A stretch of DNA of 64,000 nt from Rubripirellula sp. (GTDB taxonomy: Bacteria; Planctomycetota; Planctomycetia; Pirellulales; Pirellulaceae). Position numbers and translations under genes: made by a program. This document shows, in pieces, positions 48,503 through 56,610 of the stretch. The stretch spans positions 5,504,001-5,568,000 of the forward strand of contig OZ244207.1 in the NCBI GenBank assembly GCA_965216875.1, given 5' to 3'. Position 1 is the stretch's first letter. Every line of letters begins with the position of its first letter. The notes beneath the pieces were generated by a model. That model was not told where the DNA came from. It was given only the letters and a program-made list of their open reading frames with translations, and ran no database searches.

Positions 48503-51500
48503 CTAAGCACCTGGGATTTTGATGATGTAAACCACACCCTCGGCACCGGGCACCAGCATCGACGTCCCCGCAATCAACGGCGTCGCCGAAATGGGCTCGC
48601 CCAAATCGCTTTCGCCAACGATTTGACCGCTCGATTTGTCAATCGCAACAATCCAACCGCTTTGGCCACAGACAACAATGTTCTCTCCCACCAGCAATGG
48701 CTTACCGACAGGTGTGCCTTGCGGAAGTTCCACTTCGAACTGTTGCGAGCCATCTTCAGAAATGGCGCGTAACATCTGGTCGTCTGTTTGAATCAAGCAG
48801 GTTCCATTCGCGGCAATCGGCCCCCAAACCACACGGCCATTGAGCAGGGTTCGAAACTTCTCATCCAAGGAAACCAAATTGTGACCAACCACATAATCGG
48901 CTGATGGGCCGGTGAAGGTCGCAAAGAACGTGTTGCCGACGCCCGCGGCAGGTCCAATGAACTTGAATTCAAGGTCCTTTGACGCCAGCTGCCGGATTTG
49001 TTCTTTCGACTTCGCTCGCAAGCGGTAGATCTTTTTCCGACTATCAGCGATCACGACCTGCTCAGGGTCGCTAGGCAACATCACGGCTGTCGACCAACTC
49101 ACTTCCGAAGCCGGGTCGCTTGCGGGTTGGAACGGAGCTGCGTTTTCAACTCCGGTCCGGTAGTCCACCATCACGACTCTGCCGTTGGAAAGAGGCAGCA
49201 ACAAGCCGCCACCAACGATGGCTGCACCACCACTGAGGTCTGCATCGTGAATACCAAGTTTGACCGCGCGTAACCATTCGCTTTGACGCTCAGGGGCATA
49301 GACCAACACGTGACTCTTGGTCGTTTGGTTGATCATCACGCTCTTGTTGGGTCCCGCGTCCATCGGATCGGTATAGAGACTCGTGATCTGCTTCGACCCT
49401 GGATTTTCGATCGGCCCGGCGGTCGACCCATTGGCAAGCTCGTCGCGGCCTAAACTGAACAGTGCCGCTTGGCTGGTCACCACATGAACGCCTGAACCTG
49501 GCGCCTGTGTGATCATCGAAACAGGAACGCCAACATCGGTGCGCCAGATCTCGTCTCCCGACTTTGGATCCACACAGGTGACGCGAATCGTCTTGGTGCC
49601 ACGGAGCATGCGTGAGTAGACGAGTGCACCATCGACGGCAAAGGGACGGCCGATGAATGTGTCGTGAGCATGGTGGTCCCAACCGCGAACGACACTTCCG
49701 GTGTTGATCTGCAATTCGAAGCGTCCGACAGACGCCCCGGTGATCCACATTTGCGAACCTTCCACCGCCATCTGAGTCCTGGTCGGCTTGTTCATGAACG
49801 GAGCGCTACTCGCGGCGAGCGTTACCTTTTCGCTGTCCTCTGCCGTGGGTTCGATATCGTAAACAGCGACCTCGCCATGATCGGTCAAGACAATCAATCG
49901 CCGGCCCTGAATGATCGGGCTGACGGTCACGTTTCCATTCAAACGAAACGGCTGTTGCGCACGCTCGAGGCTTGCACCCTCGCCGTCAAACTTCAGGACA
50001 TGGATGTTGCAAAAATCGGTGCCTGCGTTTTCGATCACAAACAGATGCCCAAGCAAGGCAACTGGCGAAACCGCGATCGTTCCTTCGGCGTGGCCAACGT
50101 AGAAGCTCTCGACGCACGACCCGTCATCTGAATTGATCACATACAGATTGCTATGGTTACCAGGCAAATAGGCTTTGCTGTAACTGCCGATCCCCGGCCC
50201 CACTTCGATCGGCTGAGGAATCTGAGTGACCCAATTGGCTTCACCGGAGTCGGCGTCCAGTTTGACCAATCGGCCCGAGTGTGCCGATACGTAGATGTCG
50301 TCACGCCGAACAACCGGCTCGCTGAACGACTCGTCAATCTTGGTTCGCCATCGCACCTCGCCGTCCTCGGCTTCACAGCGCATCACGTCGCGGGTTGACG
50401 AGTCGGAAAGGATCACCGCCCGTCCCTTGCTGATCCGCACCGGTGGCAGGTCCTTTGCATAACCGACAAAACGGCGCCACTTCAATTTGCCATATTCACC
50501 ATCGAAGGCCAAAACCGAACCGCCGGCCCTGAGGTACAGTGTTTCGCCAACCAAGTCTCCACTGCGATCGCCACTTGGCGTTGTCAGCACGATCGCGCGG
50601 GCGTCGGCACCGTTTTGAACATCGGCGACAAGCTTTGGCAGGTTGGCGGAGGGCTCAACAAGCTTCTGCTGAATCCCGCTCGCTTCTCGAATCAGACTGA
50701 TAAGGCGTTCGTTGTCGAACAGTTCGGGATAATCACGCAGCAAACGTTTGCGGATGTCATACGCGCGTTTGGTGTTCGTTTCGGCGAGCGACTCTTTCAT
50801 CGACGCTTCCGATTCGTCAAGCGAAACGTTGCGATTGATGTCGCGTTCAACACGCTTGCGATCTTCCATCACCGAATCGATTTGAGCGGCCAAGGATGCT
50901 CGCACGGTTGCGGTGATGTAGTTCGAATCGTTGGTGTACTCGATTTGCTGATCGAGTTTTTCGAGCAGGTCACGCTTCTTTTCGGTGTCAGGCTCGTCGA
51001 CCGCATTCTCTGCAATGTTCTTGGCGACGCTGACCAGCAACTGAGCCAAGTTGGCGCGTTCCTGGTTTAGACCATCTTCATTCTCCTTCTCGATCAGCGG
51101 CAGTTGCTCGGCCTCGATCTCGAGAGCACGCCCAGGATCATTACGAAACTCAGCCGCTCGGTAGAGATTGGTCATCGCGATGCGTGTTCGCGAAATCGAC
51201 GAGTACTGGTGATTTTGACCGTACGAGTCAAGAAACTGGTTGTAAGCACCTTGAGCCTGACTGTAGTTCTGCTGTTCGTAGAACTTGTGGGCGCGACCGA
51301 TCACGGTATCGGCATCTTCGCGTGAGAGAACGAATGCGATCCCTGACCCAATGAGAATCAACAGGATGATGATTCCGGCGTACCCATAGATCTTGAACGA
51401 GTCCCAGACCGACTTTTCCGGATCGGCCTTTTTAACGCGTGACTCGGGGCGAGCGGCGGGAGCATCACCATTGCCGTTGGCTTCAGCTACCATCGCATCA

Positions 51501-51892
51501 CCGACGCTCATCGGCTCGGCAGCAACCGGCACGGCCGCGACAGGCATCGCTTCGACAGGCATGGCCTCGACGGCAGCATCCATCGGCTCCGCTTCAACGA
51601 CCGCCTCGACAACATCGTCTGCATCTTCCGGAACGATATCGAGTTCTTCGACACCAGCGGTCAGATCGGCCTCTTCGGCATCGTCTTCATCGTATTGGCC
51701 GCTTCGCAATTCGCCGATCAATTTCGTGGCTTGAAAATGAGTCAATTGACCATTGTCGACCAACAGTTTTGCGACGGCTTCGGGAGTGACTCGCGTTCCA
51801 CCTTGCGCGAGTTGTTCGCGTAGCGCTTCGATGATCTCTTGGTCCAATAGGCCAAGTCTTTCGAGCCGATCGATCAATTCGTTTGCAAGCAT
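48503..51892 (-). CDS. Membrane-anchored PQQ/BamB-like beta-propeller protein with an N-terminal cytoplasmic helical domain and a TPR region
   Basis: Start MLANELID at 51892; single TM YAGIIILLILIGSGIAFVL; repeats AFDGEYGKLKW, EDGEVRW, LDADSGEANW and VDPKSGDEIW. Confidence 0.82.
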   Translation of the reverse strand: MLANELIDRLERLGLLDQEIIEALREQLAQGGTRVTPEAVAKLLVDNGQLTHFQATKLIGELRSGQYDEDDAEEADLTAGVEELDIVPEDADDVVEAVVEAEPMDAAVEAMPVEAMPVAAVPVAAEPMSVGDAMVAEANGNGDAPAARPESRVKKADPEKSVWDSFKIYGYAGIIILLILIGSGIAFVLSREDADTVIGRAHKFYEQQNYSQAQGAYNQFLDSYGQNHQYSSISRTRIAMTNLYRAAEFRNDPGRALEIEAEQLPLIEKENEDGLNQERANLAQLLVSVAKNIAENAVDEPDTEKKRDLLEKLDQQIEYTNDSNYITATVRASLAAQIDSVMEDRKRVERDINRNVSLDESEASMKESLAETNTKRAYDIRKRLLRDYPELFDNERLISLIREASGIQQKLVEPSANLPKLVADVQNGADARAIVLTTPSGDRSGDLVGETLYLRAGGSVLAFDGEYGKLKWRRFVGYAKDLPPVRISKGRAVILSDSSTRDVMRCEAEDGEVRWRTKIDESFSEPVVRRDDIYVSAHSGRLVKLDADSGEANWVTQIPQPIEVGPGIGSYSKAYLPGNHSNLYVINSDDGSCVESFYVGHAEGTIAVSPVALLGHLFVIENAGTDFCNIHVLKFDGEGASLERAQQPFRLNGNVTVSPIIQGRRLIVLTDHGEVAVYDIEPTAEDSEKVTLAASSAPFMNKPTRTQMAVEGSQMWITGASVGRFELQINTGSVVRGWDHHAHDTFIGRPFAVDGALVYSRMLRGTKTIRVTCVDPKSGDEIWRTDVGVPVSMITQAPGSGVHVVTSQAALFSLGRDELANGSTAGPIENPGSKQITSLYTDPMDAGPNKSVMINQTTKSHVLVYAPERQSEWLRAVKLGIHDADLSGGAAIVGGGLLLPLSNGRVVMVDYRTGVENAAPFQPASDPASEVSWSTAVMLPSDPEQVVIADSRKKIYRLRAKSKEQIRQLASKDLEFKFIGPAAGVGNTFFATFTGPSADYVVGHNLVSLDEKFRTLLNGRVVWGPIAANGTCLIQTDDQMLRAISEDGSQQFEVELPQGTPVGKPLLVGENIVVCGQSGWIVAIDKSSGQIVGESDLGEPISATPLIAGTSMLVPGAEGVVYIIKIPGA

Positions 51893-51971
51893 GAGTGCCT
51901 GTCTATCCGTTTGAGCTTTAAGTGTGATTTGTTTGTGTTCGGCACAAGCCGATGGGTTTGTCGCACGGCGA

Positions 51972-52730
51972 TCAGTCGAACTCTTCGACTTGCGTGACTT
52001 CGAGTTCCGCATAGCCGGCGATTGTGCCTGCGTCCATCGCATCGACGAGATGCCGAAGCTTGGCCAACTCGTGCACTTTGACAATCAACCGCATGCCATC
52101 CGTGTTGCCCCCAATGGCTTCTTTCAAAACCGTGATCAGGTTCTGCTTGCCCGCCGCGTCCCTTTCCCAATCAGGAGCGAGGACGAGGAAGCCGCCAAAT
52201 TCGTCGACCTGGACTTCAACCATGTCCAGCTCTTCCTGCTCTTCTTCAACCACCGACGTACTGGGCGCGTCGGTTTGTTGGCGCGGCATTTCGATCGACT
52301 TCTGCAAACTAAACGCAGCCGTCACCATGAAGAAGATCAGCAGCAAAAACGTGACGTCGACCATCGGCGTCATGTCGAGCTCTTCTTCTTCGCGCGGCTT
52401 GCGATCAAAAACGGGCTCGTCATCTTCTTCGTCGTCAACCGCAGGTGGCGCTGCGGATGCAACTCCAGCAACCGGCGACGCCGCGACTGCTGTCGCTGCA
52501 ACGGGAGCCGCATCGACCGCCACAGCTTCGACCGCCACAGCTTCGACGGGTGTTGCTTCCACCGCCTCGACGGGCGTTGCTTCCACCGCGACCGCTTCGA
52601 CGGGAACCGCATCTTGTTCGGGCACATGCACCGCGGAATCACACTGGGGGCAGCGCACTCGACGCCCGGCCAACCGATCGTTGACTTGGTGAGTCGTTCC
52701 GCATTCCAGACAGGTGACTTCGATAGACAT
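51972..52730 (-). CDS. exbD: ExbD/TolR family protein with an N-terminal zinc ribbon and a VEA-repeat linker
   Basis: CLEC...CPQC; LDMTPMVDVTFLLLIFFMV; periplasmic LVDAMDAG. Confidence 0.88.
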   Translation of the reverse strand: MSIEVTCLECGTTHQVNDRLAGRRVRCPQCDSAVHVPEQDAVPVEAVAVEATPVEAVEATPVEAVAVEAVAVDAAPVAATAVAASPVAGVASAAPPAVDDEEDDEPVFDRKPREEEELDMTPMVDVTFLLLIFFMVTAAFSLQKSIEMPRQQTDAPSTSVVEEEQEELDMVEVQVDEFGGFLVLAPDWERDAAGKQNLITVLKEAIGGNTDGMRLIVKVHELAKLRHLVDAMDAGTIAGYAELEVTQVEEFD

Positions 52731-52796
52731 GGCTTGCCGTGAGGCGATAAGTGAAGGTGTAGGAGGTTGTCTTAGGTGGCAGCGATCTTGCCAGGC

Positions 52797-53252
52797 CTAG
52801 AGGTTGTCGACTTGTTTCACGGTGACCTCTTCAAAGCCCGCGATGGTCGCAGCATCCATGGCGTCAACGAGCCAACGCAGTTTGGCTTGCCGGTGAACAA
52901 CGATTCGCACCGGCAAATCGTCTTCAACGACCGACTTGAGTGTCTCGACGAGCTTCTTTTTCCCTGCCGCGTCAATCTCGCCTGCTTTGGTCAGCACCAA
53001 AAACGACCCGTAAGAATCGATCTGTATCTCGACGGGCTGTTCGTCTTGCGTGATCGCGACCTTACCCGGCAATTCGGACGGCTGGGTCGGCATCGCGATC
53101 GACTTCTGCAAACTGAATGATGCGGTGACCATGAAAAAGATCAGCAACAGGAACGTGACATCAACCATCGGTGTCATGTCGACACCGTTTTTCAGCGACC
53201 AGCGTTGCTTGCTTGGCTGGTTGGATTCCACGCTATAACGCGAACGCCGCAT
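52797..53252 (-). CDS. exbD: ExbD/TolR family protein
   Basis: VDMTPMVDVTFLLLIFFMV; close paralogue of 51972-52730. Confidence 0.88.
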   Translation of the reverse strand: MRRSRYSVESNQPSKQRWSLKNGVDMTPMVDVTFLLLIFFMVTASFSLQKSIAMPTQPSELPGKVAITQDEQPVEIQIDSYGSFLVLTKAGEIDAAGKKKLVETLKSVVEDDLPVRIVVHRQAKLRWLVDAMDAATIAGFEEVTVKQVDNL

Positions 53253-53743
53253 TACTCTTCCTTCACCGCGATGTAAGTCGAATCGAGTTCGTCAAAGGCG
53301 TCACCGATGACTTTTTGAAGTCTTGTGACTTGGCCAACCTGCACGTCAGCGTCGCCAAACAGCATCACATGCTGTTTGTCTTTACCGCTTGGTTTCTCGA
53401 GTTCGTTGGTGATGTATTCGATCACTTCCGAAGCCTGAACATCCTCATCAGCACTGAAATCACGACCGTCAAAACGCGACAGCTTGACTTTGTCTTTGCC
53501 CATTGGATTGATAAAGATCACGGCCGAGTCTTTGGCCGAGATCGCGAGGCCATTGTCAGCCGGTGGGATCGTTCCAATCTTGGTCGGATCCATCGTCGAA
53601 CAAACAATGAAGAAGATCAGCAGCAGGAAGGTGATGTCGATCATCGGGGTGATGTCCATTTCGTCATCACCGCGTTTTTTACGAGGCAGCGCGAAGTCGT
53701 CGTCTTCTTCGTTGACGTTGTCTTCTATTTCTCCGTTGCTCAT
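53252..53743 (-). CDS. exbD: ExbD/TolR family protein
   Basis: MDITPMIDITFLLLIFF. Confidence 0.9.
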   Translation of the reverse strand: MSNGEIEDNVNEEDDDFALPRKKRGDDEMDITPMIDITFLLLIFFIVCSTMDPTKIGTIPPADNGLAISAKDSAVIFINPMGKDKVKLSRFDGRDFSADEDVQASEVIEYITNELEKPSGKDKQHVMLFGDADVQVGQVTRLQKVIGDAFDELDSTYIAVKEE

Positions 53744-53811
53744 TTTGCCTGTTCTCTACTGAAGGCTTGAGTAAACCGATTCAACAACCTGGCGGCTATC
53801 AGACAGGGCGA

Positions 53812-54519
53812 CTATTTGTTGGGAGATTGAACAGCCATCGGATCAATTGCGGCCGCAGTTGGTGCGCCGCCAGCGGGTGTTCGTGAAAGTCCGGAACGAA
53901 ACGCTTGCATGAATCGGGCAAGTCCGGCACCAACCAAGTCTTCCATCTTGGCAATACGAATGTTGACGTTGGCGACCAAGACCATCAGCGGAATGGCGAT
54001 GGCCAATCCACACGCGGTGGTGCGAAGCGCGATGTTGATGTCGTTGGCCAACAGCGATGGCTCAACCGATTCCGCCGTCGCCAAAGTCTTAAACGCACCC
54101 ATCATTCCGAAGACCGTCCCGAACAGACCAATCATCGGCGCCGCTTTGATGACCGTTCCCACCCAAGAAAGTCGGTATTCCAAATCGGCCATCACGTCGC
54201 GTTGGAATCGATCCAGCACAAACGTACGAGCCTTCTTGTATCCAAGACCACGATTGTTGACCGCCATTTCAACAATCTGTGGAATCGCACGCGCGTCGCC
54301 TTCGCAGTATTGCACCGTTCCTTCGAAGTCACCGGCAGCAAGCATCTGCTCGATGTCATCCATGAACACGTCTTGCTGCTCTTCGTTTTTGAAACGCTTC
54401 TGATTGACGCGAGTCCAAACGATCACGATGCAGTACAGGCCCCAAAGCGCGGCCAACGCCAGCGCCCCGTAGGTCGTTGTGGAGATAATGGCGAACAGGT
54501 CAATTTCGGCGACAAGCAT
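53812..54519 (-). CDS. exbB: MotA/TolQ/ExbB proton-channel protein
   Basis: APMIGLFGTVFGMMGAF and ALRTTACGLAIAIP. Confidence 0.92.
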   Translation of the reverse strand: MLVAEIDLFAIISTTTYGALALAALWGLYCIVIVWTRVNQKRFKNEEQQDVFMDDIEQMLAAGDFEGTVQYCEGDARAIPQIVEMAVNNRGLGYKKARTFVLDRFQRDVMADLEYRLSWVGTVIKAAPMIGLFGTVFGMMGAFKTLATAESVEPSLLANDINIALRTTACGLAIAIPLMVLVANVNIRIAKMEDLVGAGLARFMQAFRSGLSRTPAGGAPTAAAIDPMAVQSPNK

Positions 54520-54676
54520 CAGGGTTCTAGTCCTTACGAAAGACGAAGGTTGTGCGAAGCGGGTTGCGGTCGAATGGGTTGGGAAAAGGAGTCAGCAACA
54601 CGCGAAGAGTCGCCGACGAAGGCGGGTTGAACGAATAAGTTAGGGCCTGTGGGGCATCCAGGCTACCGACAGACCG

Positions 54677-55594
54677 TCAGAGTCGCCGATATCGTTGGCT
54701 CACGACTCGAAAATGGTAGCCGTCGGGGATCGGCTCGCAGAGGAATACGGTGGTGGCAATTTCCTGGCTGGATGAGCGCCCGTGGCTCCTAGCATATTCG
54801 AGTTCTACTGCAGCGAGCTGATTTTCGAGCGTCTCTGGGATGAATTTTAACAGTTGGCGCCCTGATAACTCGACCCCCGCCAGCCCAAGAAGCTGGCGAT
54901 CGTAGGCGACCAGGGGTCCCGACTGGCGCCACAGGAAATAGAGCCGCTTCTCATCACGGCTTGCACCATGCCGCAACTGGGGAGTCGAGGAGAGTGAGCT
55001 GGCGTAATCCACGCCAGAGCGGCCACCACCAATGGCCGCTAACTCGATCCCAAAATGGTCCAGCTGCTTGGCGTAGGAAGCACGATTGGTCGCCTCGAAT
55101 TTGAGCTGCCAACGCTGGAAGCGGGGCACGCCCTGCTGGTTGTTCGGCCCCGGCTCGCGACTGTCTCCGGCCTGCTTTCCGCGGCGGTTCACATTTTGGG
55201 CCGTGTCAACGGCAACGGGGCTGGCCGCCACTGTGCTGACCGCCTCCGTCACCGCCTCAAGTTGTTGAGCCAGTGTGATCTCCAACAGCTGCTCGACCTC
55301 CTCGACTCCAGGTTCCTGGAAATCAAGCTCAAAACCATCGGGGGACGTGGTTGCGGAGGCCTGCTCGGGTTGCGGGATGGGTCGCGCCATTTCGGGCGCC
55401 TGGTCCAGCAACCACACCATCACCAAGAGCATCACCAAGCTGCCAAGCATCAGCATTAACGACATCAGCAGTGACGTCACTGCATCAAATAGGCTGACCC
55501 GAAGCGACGAGGACCGGTCCGGCGCATGCGATTGCGAGGGATCTCTCACATCGTCCGATGGAGCTTCGCGCTCATCGGTGGAGTGTTCAGACAT
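54677..55594 (-). CDS. Single-TM Pro/Glu-linker protein (TonB/TolA-shaped), paralogue 2
   Basis: N-terminal TM; shares PEGFE.DF..PG.EEVE, PRF.RW, YA.QLD...IELAAIGG and KRLYF.W with 55630-56562. Confidence 0.72.
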   Translation of the reverse strand: MSEHSTDEREAPSDDVRDPSQSHAPDRSSSLRVSLFDAVTSLLMSLMLMLGSLVMLLVMVWLLDQAPEMARPIPQPEQASATTSPDGFELDFQEPGVEEVEQLLEITLAQQLEAVTEAVSTVAASPVAVDTAQNVNRRGKQAGDSREPGPNNQQGVPRFQRWQLKFEATNRASYAKQLDHFGIELAAIGGGRSGVDYASSLSSTPQLRHGASRDEKRLYFLWRQSGPLVAYDRQLLGLAGVELSGRQLLKFIPETLENQLAAVELEYARSHGRSSSQEIATTVFLCEPIPDGYHFRVVSQRYRRL

Positions 55595-55629
55595 CAGCGA
55601 TCACGAATGGTTCGAGGGAGCGACAGGGT

Positions 55630-56562
55630 CTACCTGCGTGGCCGTCGATATCGCTGATCAATCACCTCAAACGCGTAACCGCCACTGGCCGCCTTGCTTT
55701 GAAAAATCGTCTTGGCGATTTCGGTGACCGAGTTGTGTCCATGCTGACGGGCATATTCAAGCTCGATCACGGCGAGCTGGTTTTCCAGCTCGGGTGGGAT
55801 GAACTTCAGCATTGATCGATTCGGCAACGGGACGCCCGCCTTTTGCAATAACTGTCGGTCGTATTGCATCAGGGGGCCTGGAGCATTCCACATGAAGTAC
55901 AAACGTTTCTCCTCTTTCGAGGGGACACGTCGCTTCTGAGGATTGCCCGCTAGGTTGTTGGCGATATCGACCCCTTGAATCGAACCACCAATCGCGGCCA
56001 ATTCAATCTTGTAGTAATCGAGCTGCTGGGCGTATGCGTTGAGACTTCGAGCCGAGAACTGAAGCTGCCAGCGTTCGAAACGGGGGATAATGTCTTCCCC
56101 CTCACCGGGAGGACCGGGTGGTCGGCTGTCACCAGCACCGGTTCCCTGCGTGCTTGCCACTGCATTGGAATCGGTCGTCGTCAAAGACGCGGCGACGGTG
56201 CTCACCGCGTCGGTAACCGCCTCAAGCGTCTCGGCCAGCGTTGGCTCCATCAGCTCTTCGACTTCTTCGGCACCGGGAGGTTCGAAATCTCGTTCGAAGC
56301 CTTCAGGATTCTCACCTCGGCCGGCCGGATTCTCGATGATGGGCTCGATCGGCTGGGGAGGGAAAGACCATCGACTGGTCAACCAGACGATGAACAGAAT
56401 CGTGACAAAGGTGCCGATGAAAAGGATCAGCGCCATGAAGAACGACGTCACGATGTCGAACTGGCTGATCCTCAGTTTTGCTCGTTCCTCCTCGCGCGCA
56501 GCCTGTCGGTCGTCGACCAACTGGTCGGCTGGATTCTGGGAAGGGTCGGTGACCGATGCCAT
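55630..56562 (-). CDS. Single-TM Pro/Glu-linker protein (TonB/TolA-shaped), paralogue 1
   Basis: TM SFFMALILFIGTFVTILFIVWL, a Pro/Glu-rich spacer and a ~150-aa C-terminal domain. Confidence 0.75.
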   Translation of the reverse strand: MASVTDPSQNPADQLVDDRQAAREEERAKLRISQFDIVTSFFMALILFIGTFVTILFIVWLTSRWSFPPQPIEPIIENPAGRGENPEGFERDFEPPGAEEVEELMEPTLAETLEAVTDAVSTVAASLTTTDSNAVASTQGTGAGDSRPPGPPGEGEDIIPRFERWQLQFSARSLNAYAQQLDYYKIELAAIGGSIQGVDIANNLAGNPQKRRVPSKEEKRLYFMWNAPGPLMQYDRQLLQKAGVPLPNRSMLKFIPPELENQLAVIELEYARQHGHNSVTEIAKTIFQSKAASGGYAFEVIDQRYRRPRR

Positions 56563-56610
56563 GAAGGAGTTACTTTCGCGGGCGGGAATGCGTCGGGGAG
56601 ACGGTGTCTG

